From Phaeosaccion multiseriatum (lineage: Eukaryota; Protista; Ochrophyta, other classes): DNA of 64,000 bases. Made by a program: the position numbers and the translations under genes. The stretch covers positions 7,130,001 to 7,194,000 of the forward strand of contig OZ218950.1 of assembly GCA_965112735.1 (NCBI GenBank), written 5' to 3'. Below are positions 13,008-28,261 of the stretch, one piece after another. A model generated the notes under the pieces. The model did not search any database. It was not told the origin of the DNA and saw nothing but the letters and a program-made list of their open reading frames with translations. The number at the start of each line of letters is the position of its first letter. Position 1 is the first letter of the stretch.

Positions 13008-13199
13008 GAATATATGAATATATCCATATCCGCCCCCCCCCTCCCGCCCGCCCCCCCTTCCTGTCTTCCTCATCCAAGTCACAGATGGACAAAAAAAAAA
13101 AAAAAAAAATCTCCACCCCTCTCCCCCCCCCCCCCTCCCCCTCCTGCTCTCTCTTTAGGCTCAATCCTAACGAGCTTTCTTCTTCCCAAAGGCACGGGT

Positions 13200-16210
<3,011 letters not shown>

Positions 16211-16319
16211 GCAACAAGAGCGGCTGAACAGTCCAGCAGCCAAGGTATTCATCAAGAGCGGCTGAACAGTCCAGCAGCGCAGCATAGCGTGTCAGGGGTC
16301 GAGGCTGACACCGGTGGAA

Positions 16320-16450
16320 TCGACCCCTGACACGCTATCCGCTAACGCTATCGCCGGCGCCAGCCGGCACGCTATCCGCTATTGGCCGGCGGCCGATGGG
16401 GCGCGATAGCGCGCTATCGAGAATGTGAGCGATAGCGTGTCAGGGGTCGA
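16320..16450. mobile_element. 131-bp TIR element (TCG...CGA) with 6-bp TSD GTGGAA
   Basis: TCGACCCCTGACACGCTATC / GATAGCGTGTCAGGGGTCGA 20-bp TIRs; GTGGAA at 16314-16319 and 16451-16456. A solo right end lies at 16284-16302. Confidence 0.85.
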
Positions 16451-16650
16451 GTGGAAAGGGCAAAAATATAAAAACAAAACAAAAACTTGAAACTCAAATT
16501 ACTATCCACTCATCTCCTCTCTCTCTTCGACCCTCTTCAACGTTCTCATTCAAAGGCTAGGGAGGGGGGGGGGTGGTGTGGGAGATAGTACGTGAGAGGG
16601 CGCCTGTCTTTTTGAAGGCTCTGGTCGTGGTGAAGGCAGCTCTCTGCGAA

Positions 16651-17884
16651 ATGGTCGAGGGACACTCAGAGGCGAAGGTGACAAGCCAATCATGGCACGC
16701 CGGAAAGGGGAGGAGAAAAACGACGGGGGGCGGGGGGCTGATTAGCAGCATGTCTGGGAGGGGAATAGGTGGCAAAGGCGCCCATCCAGATGCTGCTGCT
16801 GATGAGGAGGCAGGGGGGGGGATGCGTCGGAGGGGAGGAGGCGGGGAGAAAAAAGGGTGGAGCGTTGCCCGCTCCATGCCTGCGCTTTTCAAGGGAAAGA
16901 GGAGCTCCTCCACAGGAAACTTGGATCACAAAGCGTGGGAGCTGGAGAAGCAGGTGAGTATGGGTGGGAAGGGCTGATAGAGGAAAGGGTAGGAATTGAG
17001 AGGGAGAGGAACGGAGAGGAGAGGAAGGGAGAAGGGAGGGAAGGAGTCCCTTGGATAGTGTCGGAGTATAGCGCAGGAGCAAAGTATATGGCTACAATGA
17101 GGATATGGCTTAGTATTTTTTCATACACATACACAAACGCGCCCACACACACTCGTGGTTCGAATTGCCTAACTGACACGGACAACCCACGGACCGACCG
17201 GCGGACCGACCGACCTTTCTCGCCCCCCCCCCTCCCTCCCTCTCTCTGTCTCTCCCTCCGTTCCTCCTTCGCGCACTGGCCCTCACTGGCAGGGCCGACT
17301 GGCTGAGGCGGAGATGCTCTACTCTCGCCATGCTCTCCGCTGCGAGAAGCGCTTCGGCCAAGACAACTTGACCGTGGCTGCCGACCTCGATCAGGTGGTG
17401 CGGCTTCTCCTCAAGGAGGGTAAGCTCGAGCAGGCAGAGCCTTTGTGCCGGCGTTCGCTGGAGATCAAAGAGAATCTTCTCAGGGCACAAGAGGTGGAGG
17501 CGACAAGAGGCGGTGGGAGTGAGAGTCAGCGGGAGGAGGCGGAGCAGAGCCTCAAGCTCGCCAAGGGGAGGGTAGCCACGGCGCTGATCACGCTCGGGAA
17601 GCTCATGGAGGACACGGCGCGGCTCGGGCAGGCCACAGAGCTCTTCGAGAGCGCGCACGAGCTGAGAAAGGTGTGAGGAAGCGGACGGGTCGGTGTGGGT
17701 TGAGGCGGCCTTTTCGATCACGCTTCTTGCACCCCACTGTAATGGCAGAGGGGGAGAGCGGTGCGGTGTCCTTGTGCTGGGCTCTCTCCGGACGGTGACG
17801 GTGGCGCGTCATGCTTTGCCCCCCCTCTCACTCTGCTCTGCTCTGCTGCCCCGCCCCCCCCCCCCCCGCACACACCCTTCTTAT

Positions 17885-17934
<50 letters not shown>

Positions 17935-18797
17935 CAATGGCGCTGCAACGACGCTAACGGCATCGGACGTCTCTCCCTTCCATCTTCCAGGCTTGCCGCG
18001 GTCCCGACCACGAGGAGACGGTAACGGCCCTGGCGTGGATGGGCGACGCTCGCCTTAAGGTGGGGGACCTCGAGGGCGCTCAGACGGTGTTCGAGGACGT
18101 GGTACGCTCCTACGAGCGCTTCCTCGGTAAGTGCGTGTGTGCGTGCGTGAGCGAGTACGTGTAGATTCCTGCCTCAACGCGAGGGGGGGTATTTCTCCCG
18201 TGTGCCTCTCTCTCTCCATGTAAGGGGGAGGGGGGTGGTGTGTTTCATCCCCTTCCCGCCCCACCCACCACCCTCTCCCCTCTTCGCGTTGTTCGCTGTG
18301 CGCTGTTCGCTACAGGCAAGGACGACATCAACGTGGCCTCTGCCCTCAACAATCTCGCAGGTCTGCATGCCGCACGGGGCAATCTGCCCGCAGCTCTCCC
18401 CCTCTTCGTTCGCAGCCACGACATTTACGTGTCCCACTTGGGGGAGGATCACCCCCACTCACTCGCCACGGGCACCTGGATCCAGCAACTGGAGACGACT
18501 GAGGCGGAAGAGAGCTCTCCTCCCAAGAGGGACAGCATCTCCAGCTCGAGAAGGGGCAGAGGGGTGGAGGACGTCATTGAGGAGGGCAAGGAGGGGGAGG
18601 AGGGAGACGAGGAGGAGGAGGGGAAGCGGGACGACAGCGGCGATACGAGTGAGGCAACGGCTGCCAGTGCCGCTGCTCCTAGCGCTGCTGCTGGTACTGC
18701 TGTTGCTGCTACTACCACTGCCGCTGCTACTGGTGGTGCCTCTGTTTCAGATTCCACAGCGCAGCAAGTTGGGGGCGGGGGCGACGCCGGAGTGTGA
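16651..18797 (+). CDS. Kinesin-light-chain-type TPR protein; 4 exons
   Basis: Exons ~16651-16953, 17293-17670, 17991-18126, 18316-18797. Repeats: GKLEQAEPLCRRSLEIKE, GPDHEETVTAL, VASALNNLAGLH...LGEDHPHS. Start codon uncertain. Confidence 0.8.
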
Positions 18798-19073
18798 GGC
18801 AGCGCGCGGCCCCCACGCTGACCAATCGGCCACAGCCCGGTCCTGAGGCGGCCTCCTCCTCCTCCTCCTGCTCCTTCACAGAGGTGCGCATGCTTGGGTC
18901 TGTAGAAGCATCGGACCCCCAAGCAATGCCCGGTAGCCGGGGAGGGGGGGGGGGGGGAAAGAACAGTGCCCTGACGCTGCTTTAGGGGCAATGAAGGAAT
19001 TTGTTACATAAAACTAAGCCATGTACATAAGCTTGTGAATTGTGAAAAAAAAAAGGAATTTAATTTTTTTTTA

Positions 19074-19460
19074 CTGTGATTTCGCGGTTGAGTGGCTACG
19101 CCCCATTAATTTTTTTTTACGCCAAATGACGATTTTTTTGACGACGTTTGACGCACTTTGACGACGCTTTAGCCCCCTATTTGACGCCCTTTGACGCCCT
19201 TTGACGCACTTTGACGCCCTTTTATCTTTTATCTTAATTCGCCTTAATTTCGTCTAAAAAAAATCACGGAAAAAAAAATCACGGAAAAGGGCGTAAAAGG
19301 GCGTCAAAGAGCGTCAAAAGGCGTCAAAGGGCGTCAAATAGGGGGCTAAAGCGTCGTCAAACGTCGTCAAACGTCGTCAAAAATATCGTCATTTGCCGTA
19401 AAAAAAAATTAATGGGGCGTAATTGGGCGTCAAAAGTGCCACTCAACCGCGAAATCACAG
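19074..19460. mobile_element. Foldback MITE with TA TSD (Tc1/mariner-type inferred)
   Basis: TA|CTGTGATTTCGCGGTTGAGTGGC ... GCCACTCAACCGCGAAATCACAG|TA. Internal TTTGACG units are mirrored by CGTCAAA; AT-rich relative to the flanks. Confidence 0.88.
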
Positions 19461-20417
19461 TATTTTAATTTTTTTTTAATTTTTTTTTGGACACTTGGTG
19501 ATACAATACATACTCTCCTCGGATAGCTGGGGTGGGTGCACCTCGTAGGCCCCTCGTTGCAGCTATACAGGGTGGGTCTTCGGTTACCTCCTCAACACCG
19601 CCCACCCAAACCCACCCCAACCCAACCGTACTCAACCGGACGGGGCAGCATTGACACGCCACGCACGGTACACACACACCATCCGGCAGCTCCTCCACGC
19701 TGATCAACACGCCCATCCCAAAACAAGGACTTAAGTGTCAGGACTTGGTGTCAGGACTTGGTTTCGTCATCTCTCTTGCGACCAATCCTAGTTTTGGTGG
19801 TGGCCTGGTGTGGCCTGGTGACCCGCTGGGTTGGGTTGGGTTGGGTTGGGTGAGGCTGCCCCCCCTTGGGTTGAAGGCGTGGGAGTCGCCACCTCCTGAC
19901 CTTTGTCCAGCGCGGTGCGAGCACGACATTCTCCGTAGCTGCCCTCATAGACATGAATGCAGAGGTTGACGAAACGCTCACACCATCACTCCAAAGCGAA
20001 AGCTCCCCTCCCATGCCCCTCCATCTGAGCCCTCCAGTTGGGCAGCTCCGCAGCTACAACAAAGCTTCACCTTCGCCGTTCACACCCTCGCCCCAGACCA
20101 TAGCCGGAGCGAGAAGCGCCAAGTGGGGCCTCCTCTGTCCTCAGCTAATCTAGCGCAAGTCAAAGCAGCACACATACGATAGGCACGTGTGGCTGCTCCT
20201 CCTGCTTGAGGGCAGAGCCGCCTCGAGAACGGAGGTCGCCCCCCCGATGGCTCGATGCGTGGGCCTCAGGAGGCGAAGGGCCAAGAGAATAAATGCGAGA
20301 CCAACAGGGTGGGCCAAAGCGCGGTTAGCCCCCCCCCCCTCGCCCCTTCTCCCCCCGACCAAGCCCTCTTCGCCGCCCATGACCCCTACCTTGGGGCCTT
20401 GTTCGTTCCCACGGCCC

Positions 20418-21065
20418 TCAAACCTCCGTTGCCTCTCCCGCTGCCATCTTCACGTCTTCCTCTCCGTCTGCAGCCATCTTCGCATCCTCCCCTCCTTCTG
20501 CTTGGTCGTCGGCCATGTCCTCGTCTTGCTCTTCCTCGCCCTCCTCACCACCGCCCGCCGTAGAAGCAGCTTTCCCTCCCTCCGCCTCCAACTTCCGGGC
20601 AGCATCCGCCGCCTCTTTGGCCTTCCTGACCTTATTCCTCGCCTCTCTTAGCAGCGTTTGCTTCTCCCTCAGGTGCATTCCCTCCTCCCTCGCGCGTGTC
20701 TCAATCTCCTCCTCCATCTCCTCGAGGGACTTGGCGGCGTGCATTGGCACCAGAGACTGCCCCTTCGACCCGCACCAGGCGCAGCACTTGTCTGCCTTGG
20801 CACAGGGCTGGCAAATGGTGTGGTAGGCCGCCAGCACCGTCCGCTGCAGACACCGATTGCAGGTGGAGGGCATCTTGAGAGGCTTGTACTTGCGGTATTT
20901 CTTCTTCCACTCTATCTTGTCGAAGCAGCGCTTGCAGAGCCCCCCATTCACACTGGCAAGGATAGAGGCTGTCTTCTTACTTTTCGGGTTGTGCTGGAAG
21001 GCAAAGCTGTTCTGGTGCCGCGGCTTGCGAGAGCGGGACTCCCCAGACCCCCTTCGAAGGCTCAT
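20418..21065 (-). CDS. C9orf85: C9orf85/DUF2039 zinc-binding protein homolog
   Basis: HQNSFAFQHNPKSKKT...GLCKRCFDKIEWKKKYRKYKPL...CNRC...AYHTICQPCA...CAWC. Confidence 0.85.
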   Translation of the reverse strand: MSLRRGSGESRSRKPRHQNSFAFQHNPKSKKTASILASVNGGLCKRCFDKIEWKKKYRKYKPLKMPSTCNRCLQRTVLAAYHTICQPCAKADKCCAWCGSKGQSLVPMHAAKSLEEMEEEIETRAREEGMHLREKQTLLREARNKVRKAKEAADAARKLEAEGGKAASTAGGGEEGEEEQDEDMADDQAEGGEDAKMAADGEEDVKMAAGEATEV

Positions 21066-21386
21066 CTCGCCCGCCGCCTCTTTCTCTGCTACTGCTGCAG
21101 CCGGACCCTAGACAGCTGACGTTGGTGGTGGGGGGGTGTGGTAGAAGGGGGACCGCGGATGGTGGAAGGTTGCGGACACCAAGTACTGTTGACTTACGGA
21201 AAATTGTCTTTTTCTCTTTTTCTCTTTTTCTTTTCTCTTTTGCTGCTTTCCTGCTTTGCGCCTTGCACCTTTGATATCCACCTTTTGGACGACGCTGTGC
21301 CCCATTGGGCTCAGATCTTGGTATTTTCGTCACTGCAAGAGCGAGAGAGCCACCATTAGTAAAGAGCAATACAGAAGGAGGGGTAT

Positions 21387-23036
21387 ATGAAGGGGGGGGA
21401 AATGCCGCGATCTTCAGTGCAGGACGAATCGGGCACGGGCTCTGAAGCCGTAGAAGCAGGAGCAGTAGGGAGGGGTGGCGATTGGGCTGACGTGGGTCCT
21501 CTGGCCTCTGGCGCGGCGCCTTCGAATAAGTCGGCCAAGGCCCAAAGCTGGGCGATCCGTCTGCTTTGCTGCTGCTGTGGAGAGGGCCCAACTTCTTCTC
21601 GTGTCACGGTGTATCTGGCGGTCGTGGTGGTATCTCTGACCTCCGTTCTGCTGGGATATGGTGAGTGCCGAGAGTGGTATGGGGTCTCTCTTGGTTGGGA
21701 AAGAAGACTCCGTTCCCCGCCAGTTGAAGAAGAGCTTTGAGAGGACTGCCCCCGTGCCCTTGGTGTCGGCTCTCCCTGCGCATCGCCTTCAAAATAATAC
21801 TACCGCCTGCACAATGATGCTACCGCCTTCACAATGATACTACTCGTCCTCTCCTTGTGTATTGCCCGCACAATGATACTACTGTTCCTCTCCCGTCTTT
21901 TCTCCCCTCCATTCTTTCCTTGTTCTCTGCTCTCCTGTCCATGTCCTTTGTTGTCTGCTTCCTCTCTCTCCGTCTCTGTTCTCTTTCTCCCCCCCCCTCT
22001 CACCCCCTATGCTCTGTTGCGTCTCTCTCTCTTCTATCCCTTTCCTTGGTCTCTCCCTTGTTCTCTGCTCTCTGTTCTCTCCCTCCCCGTGTTCTCTATT
22101 CTCCCTTCTTTCTCTTTCTCTCTCTACCTTTCATTCTCCCTCTTTCTCCTCTCTCTCTCTGTTTATAAGACGTTGGCGTCATGTCAAGCGCAATTCTCTT
22201 CATCTCCAAAGATCTCGACCTAAGGTACGGCCAACTCAGACTCCAACTCCTCCTCCCTCACGTCCTAAACACAGGGCCTGCCCTTTGCAATCATCCCCAC
22301 TGTCACTAACGTACCCCGCCTCCTCCTCCCCCTCCCCCGCCACCCATCATGCCGTGTTGGTTCTTCACAACAACGCAGCACTCTACGTCAGTCCGTCATT
22401 GTCGCCTCTCTCAACCTCGTGGCCGCCCCCGGGGGGCTCTTGGCGGGCTCTGTGGCCGACACGTTGGGCAGGAAGCGCTCCATCGCCCTCGCGTGCTGCA
22501 TCTTCATCACAGGAAGTCTCATCAAGATTGTCTCCACCAACTTCGGGTGAGTGAATGTGTGAGTGAGTGAGTGAGTGAGTGGTGTGGGTTGGTGGGTGAG
22601 TGGGGGAGGGAGGGAGGGAGGGAGGGAGTAAGTGAGTGAGAGAGGAGTAACAAGAGGCCTAACAAGAGGAGCTCGATTTCTTCTCCCCGTTGCGCTCTCT
22701 TCCTACCCCCCCCCCTCCTCCTCCTTTCCTGCTGCTGCTGCTGCTGCTGCTGCTGCGTCCCTACAGCTCCTGATGCCCCCCCCCTCTCCCCCTCCCTCGT
22801 AGCCTCCCTCCTCCATCTCCCTCTCATCCCTTTCCTCCCTCCTACCCTTCTCTCTCTCAGCATGTTGTTAGCAGGACGCGTGGTAACGGGAGTGGGCGTG
22901 GGCTGCGGGTTCGTCGTGGCCCCCGTCTATGTGTCAGAGATCGTGCCGAAGGTCGGTCCACCACGGCTCTCGACTACAATTTCAATACGATACGTGGATG
23001 TGTGGAAGTGCCTGCTACAGCGTTGTTGTTCCTTGG

Positions 23037-23091
<55 letters not shown>

Positions 23092-24421
23092 ATTGTTCCT
23101 TGGTGTTGTGTTGTCACTTTTAACGCCGTCCACACATGTACACATGTATTGATTGCCATGGCCCCTTCTCTCCCCAACTCAAATGCCCACCCGCTCAGAG
23201 CATCCGCGGCGCGCTGACGTCCATGACAGACATCATGATCAACTTCGGTATCGTTTTGGGATACGTTGTGGGCTACATCTGCGCCGTCTCTCTCCCCACG
23301 GACGGTGCGTGAGGGCACGGAGGATGGCACTGGATGGTACATCTCAGGTCGCCCCCATGCCCCAGTGTCTCAGTCAGTCCCAGGCAGCTCCATGCATACT
23401 ACTCTCGCCTCAGCTGCAACGAAACGAAACGAAACGAGCGTCTCCATCCTCTTGCTTGCTCGGCTTTCCCTGCAACACCACCACCGCCAGCAAACACACA
23501 AGCCTTCACGCCTCACGACCTCTCCCGTCCGCTGCCATCCCCCCTCTGCCTGCAGGCACTCGCTGGCGAGTCATGCTGGGCATCAGTCTCTTCCCGCCCT
23601 TTGTCATTCTCTGCTGCCTCGTGCTGCTCCCCGGTGAGTGATTGAGTGCGTGCGTGAGTCAGTGAGTGAGTGAGTGAGAGTCGGGCCTTTTACTGCAGCG
23701 TAGCAAAGGAAGAGGTAGTTGTCTCCACGTCAAGCAGGAGGGGACTGATGACGTCATTAGTTCCGAGGAAGAGTCACATCTGTTGTCCTGCTGCTGCTGC
23801 TGCTGCGATGCTTTGTGAAATGGCGTGAGCGAACGGAGGGAATGTTGAGGCATATGGGCGAGTCCTCTTTCTGCTGCCTGTGCTTAGCGTACAACCTACT
23901 CCTCCTACCCCCCACTTCCCCTCCCAATACCAAACCACAGAGAGCCCTCGCTGGCTACTGCACAACGGCAGACATACCCCCTCCCCTGAGAAACAAGCTC
24001 TCCGACGGCGGCAGGCCCGACAGGTGCTTGATCGCATCACTGATGACCCTCGAGAGGCAGAGGCCCAGCTAGAAGAGGTGGAGCAAAGCATCGAGGCGGA
24101 TGTCCTCTCCAACAGCAGCGGCAACACGTGGAGCCACCTGCTGCTCTCACCGAGCCCTCGGCTGCGAGCGACGCTGTGGTTGGGCGTGTGTCTCGGGGCG
24201 GCTCAACAGCTCTCGGGCAGTGAGGCGGCGGTCTACTACTCACCGAGGGTGCTCAGCGCGGCAGGTGGGTGGGTGGATGGGGGGTGGATGGATGGGTGGG
24301 TGGATGGGGGGTGGATGGATGGATGGGTGGGTGGATGGGGGGTGGATGGATGGATGGATGGAAGTGTGGGGGGTGGGGGGGTGCATCTTACAGAAGCAAA
24401 AACCTGCGCCATGTTATGTGC

Positions 24422-24462
<41 letters not shown>

Positions 24463-25921
24463 CTGGGGTGTTTCGGAAGACATGTAAGGTGAAGAGGGAG
24501 GAACCAGGGGGCTGGAGAGGAGGGAAGGAGGGGGAAACTCGTGTGTTTGCCTCGCCTGCGGTCCATTCTGGAGGAGTGCGAGGAGGAGCGGTACCTCTCT
24601 CTCTCACACACACGCACACACACACCCCTCTTCCCACCCCTTTGCACAGGGCTTACACTCTCTTCTGAGATCCTCGCAGCCAACATCGCGGTGGGTTTGT
24701 TCAAGCTGCTTGGCGAGGTGGTAGCCGCGGGACTCACAGACCGCACAGGCAGGCGGCCGCTGTTCATGCTCTCCTCTCTTGGCTGCACAGGGGCGCTGCT
24801 GGTCATCGGCCTTACATTCACCACGGGTACGTGCAAAAGGCAAAGGGTTCCAGTTTGAATTCAAATGGCAGGGCCATGAAGGGACGCGGTGTGTGTCCTC
24901 CGCACCTCTTACGAATGAGACCCCCCCCCCCCTGTCAACTGCCATCCTCCCTCTTTGTTCCCTCTGCAGATGCATCCCCCTGGGTCACGCTTGCTGCCCT
25001 GTGTACCTTTATGTTCGTGTTCTCCCTCGGTGTGGGACCTCTCACCTTCGTTGTGGCCAGGTGAGTAAGTGAGGGGGTGAGTGAGTGAGGGAGTGAGCGA
25101 GCGGGTGGATGCGTGCGGGAGTGAGTGAGTGAGTGAGGGAGGGAGTGGGGGAGTGAGTGGGGGAGTGAGTCAATGGGTGCGGGAGGAGGGAGTGAGGGAG
25201 TGAGGGAGGGAGGGAGGGAGTGGGTGAGAAGGTAAGTGAGGGAAGGCGTGAGTGAGTGGGTGAGTGAGTGAGTGCGTGCACCCAGGAGGGAAGATGCGTT
25301 GGTGTGTGTGTCTCTTCGAATGTGTATCTCTTGCCTCTCAGTCTCGCCCCCTCTCTCTCTCTCTCTCTCTCTCTCCTTCTTGTCTTCGCTCCTCTCTCCC
25401 TCTGTAATGCCACTTGCAGTGAGATCTTCCCTCTGCACCACCGAGGCAAGGGGGTGGCGGCCACAGTGTTCGCCAACCGTCTTATGAGCGGGAGCATCGC
25501 TCTCATCTTCCCCCTCATGCAGCGGGTAAGTGCGCGAGTGCGTGAGTGAGTGAGGGCATGAATGAGTGAGTGAGCGAGTGGTGTGGCTGCCTGTGGCTGC
25601 CTAGGGCTGCTCTTGCTCAGCCCTTCTCTGTCAAAACAAATCATCTCCTCCCCCCCCCTCTCTATCTGTCGCACCTACAACCCTCCAAAGGGCATCGGCG
25701 GGGGCGGGGCGTTTTACGTGTTCACTCTGTGCTCTCTGGCGACGGTTGTATTCTACTATACCATGCTGCCCGAGACCAAGGGAAAGAGCCTCGAGGAGAT
25801 CTCCGGCCTGGAGGACTCCATCTCGGGCCGCACTCCGCCCTCTGGGCCCTCTGGAGTGGAGCGGGGTGGGGTGACGGGAGGCGCACCTTTGGAGGTGGAG
25901 GTGGATCAGTCGAGGCTGTGA
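21387..25921 (+). CDS. MFS sugar porter (polyol/monosaccharide transporter-like); many exons
   Basis: SVLLGY|DVGVMS, ADTLGRKR, GRVVTGVGVG...PVYVSEIVP, WRVMLG, P|ESPRWL, QQLSGSEAAVYYSP, DRTGRRPL, EIFPLHHRGKG, LPETKGKSLEEI. Confidence 0.92.
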
Positions 25922-26149
25922 TGAGCGTGCTTGGGGCACCAAGTTGACACCCAATAAACCCAAGGGGAGACAGCGCGCTGCCGACGAGGCTGCTTTGCAG
26001 GCCGGAGGGTAGCAGCAGCTGCAGCAGTTGGTGATACAACAGCAAGGTACTACAGTACAGTACAGTACAGTATAGTACAGTAGATGGAGCCTTTCCGCTG
26101 TGAGTCGAAGGAGCACCGCTGCCACGGCAGAGGAGATCGCTTCGTCAAA

Positions 26150-26331
26150 AGCAGTGAGTCCGACAGCAGCGACGACGACGACAGTGATGCTGCGGCGGTG
26201 CCGCTCAAGGGAAAAGCAGGGCCACTTAAAGGGAAAGGCCAACACGAGTGAGAGCGATGCGTCCTCCACTCCTTGAGCGGCACCGCCGCAGCATCACTGT
26301 CGTCGTCGTCGCTGCTGTCGGACTCACTGCT
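26150..26331. repeat. Inverted repeat: perfect 61-bp arms, 60-nt loop
   Basis: 26150-26210 is the reverse complement of 26271-26331. Imperfect pairing extends to about 26110/26382. Confidence 0.9.
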
Positions 26332-26678
26332 GGACGAGGCGATCTTCGTGGCAGTGGAGCTCCCCCTGGCGGCTGCTGATGTGCGTGGCCTTGGCCCTCC
26401 CAAGAAGGAGGGAAGGAAGGAAGGAGATGGACACCTCTCACATGTGATGACAACTTGGAGATCGGAGGATGGAAGTTAACTCGAGGGAGGCGATATATAT
26501 GCGGGGAGCGAGGGGGGCGCCGTATCGTGGTTACTGCTTCAAGCAGGATTGGTTGGAGGAGCAGAGCGGGTAAGCAGCGGTCTTGGCGCAGAAGTCCCAC
26601 CCAAGGCCAGAGAGGCTCTCTCCATATGCGGGAGGAAGGCACGGGACGGCCTGCGTGCAGTCGCGTTCTGCCCACGAC

Positions 26679-26856
26679 GGGGGGCTCTTGACTCCCTCCG
26701 TCCGGTTGGGTGCGAGGTATTGGGTGTCAGGTGTCAGGTGTCAGGTGTCAGGTGTCATGAGTCGGGTGTTGGTCGCTCCTGTGCTCCCCACGAAGCGCTC
26801 TCCGCCTGCGAGAGTGGATGGCAGTGTACGGCTCTGCAGAGAAGAGTGGAGGAAAC
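26679..26856 (+). repeat. Upstream segment shared by 7TM-RGS copies 1 and 3
   Basis: Near-identical to the reverse complement of ~59324-59501 (GGGGCTCTTGACTCC...GTGTCAG repeats...GCAGAGAAGA). Confidence 0.9.
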
Positions 26857-27181
26857 AACCTAACTTAAATGAATGCCGTTTGTGTACAAGGCTCTTCTGT
26901 GATAGGGAAGGTGTGTATATAAGATCGGCTCCCGGCGGGGCAGGCCAGCGGTCTGGGCTTCGGGCTTCTCAGGCTGGGAGAAAAAAAATAAAAATGAGGG
27001 GGAGCCACGCGCGCACACACAGGCCCACCTTGATGCAGCTTAAGCTAGGAGATGACCTGACCCGCCTTGATGTAGCTTTAGGCAGATGACCAGACCAAGT
27101 TGAGTAAAGAAAGAAGCTGTCACCATCTGCGCCACTTCGCTCCCGGGTGGGCTGGCCTTCAGCCGGCTTCATGCTGAGAGA

Positions 27182-27332
27182 GCATCGGAAACAAAACCAG
27201 GGTTCGCTCTCGGGTGGGAGGCTAGGCAGTGGTGGATCAAGGCAATAAAGATGGCATCGCTCGCGGCACTTCGGACCATCGCACTTGAGAATGAAGTGCC
27301 TCCTCTTGGCCGTTCCTCTGACATTTTGAGCA
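27182..27332 (-). pseudogene. Frameshifted PHD finger inside the TIR element
   Basis: CSKCQRNGQEE, one extra base near 27300, then HFILKCDGPKCRERCHLYCLDPPLPSLPPESEPWFCFRC, giving the C4HC3 pattern with LxPPL and WxC. Not in the ORF track. Confidence 0.85.
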
Positions 27333-27517
27333 GCGTGTGCTGACCGTGGGAGCTGGCGGACACGAGCTGCTTGTGGGGCTCAGGAGATGCGTGAGACTAT
27401 CACACCCGAGCTACAGATACACCAGGGGGGTAGAACAAATGCTTTGATAGTGAGGCGTGTAAGCAGTGTATCGAGAGAGGAAGGGATGGCAGCGAGCTGC
27501 TCTCAGAGAGGTGAAAT

Positions 27518-27923
27518 TCGGCTCCAGACTACTCCAGACTGGCCTAGCTACAAGCCTATGCTCTAGGCCTAGGCCGGCGGTTCTAGGCCTAGGCCTCGAC
27601 CTATCTGATTACTGATTACGGCCGGCGCAGCCGGCCTGATTACTGATTATGGCGCCAGCCCGAGGAAATGGCCGGCGCCAGCCGGCCTGGTTGCTGATTA
27701 CAGCCGGTGACCAGCCGGCCTGATTACTGATTATGCGGCTAGTAGGGGGCTGATTACTGATTACGGCCGGCGCACACCGTAATCTTGTCCAGCAGGGTCT
27801 CTAGGCCTACTAGGCCGGGGGGGCTGCGCCAATAAAAGGCCTAGGCCGGGGGCCTGCGCCCCCCCTGCTAGGCCGGCCGAATTTCGTCTCTAGGCCTAGG
27901 CTTCTAGGCCAGTCTGGAGCCGA
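27518..27923. mobile_element. Nested 406-bp TIR element (TCG...CGA) with 6-bp TSD TGAAAT
   Basis: TCGGCTCCAGACT / AGTCTGGAGCCGA; TGAAAT at 27512-27517 and 27924-27929; internal CTAGGCC and TGATTACTGATTA units. Confidence 0.85.
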
Positions 27924-28157
27924 TGAAATGAAGAGTGTATCAATTTCGTGTATCACTTTCCGCGCGAAAACGGGGCTTCTCACTACTTTCCTGCAGGCTT
28001 CTGGCCGCAGGCCAGCCCCGGGCTTCTTGCTTTCGGCCGCAGGCCGCCTCAGGCTTCTGCTTATCGGGGGGCCCGAGAAGCCCCGCCGGGAGCCGATATA
28101 AGACGGGGGAAGTTACGAAAAGCTGATCAAAAGCTGCAGCCCAAAAATAAAAACATA

Positions 28158-28174
28158 TCCGGCGGCAGTTTCGT
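28158..28174 (+). promoter_or_regulatory. Candidate cis-element TCCGGCGGCAGTTTCGT upstream of the 7TM-RGS genes
   Basis: Identical 17-mer upstream of copy 2 (54745-54761, minus strand) and an 11-bp core upstream of copy 3 (59245-59255), while adjacent sequence differs. Confidence 0.4.
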
Positions 28175-28261
28175 TTTCTTCACCTTTTTTTTTTTTTTTT
28201 TCCCTTTCTAATAATCGGCCAATGTATTACTAGCGGCCCAAGGAAGAGGCTGGACCGAAGG

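Larger units (their letters stand above)
26925..28096. mobile_element. 1.17-kb non-autonomous TIR element (TCG...CGA) with 7-bp TSD TATAAGA; contains a PHD remnant and a nested MITE
   Basis: Exact 16-bp TIR TCGGCTCCCGGCGGGG / CCCCGCCGGGAGCCGA; TATAAGA at 26918-26924 and 28097-28103. Confidence 0.85.

Noticed and set aside
19140-19380. TTTGACG repeats resembling a CRISPR array or iterons
   Set aside because: There are no unique spacers, the units are mirrored within a TA-flanked MITE, and the context is eukaryotic.
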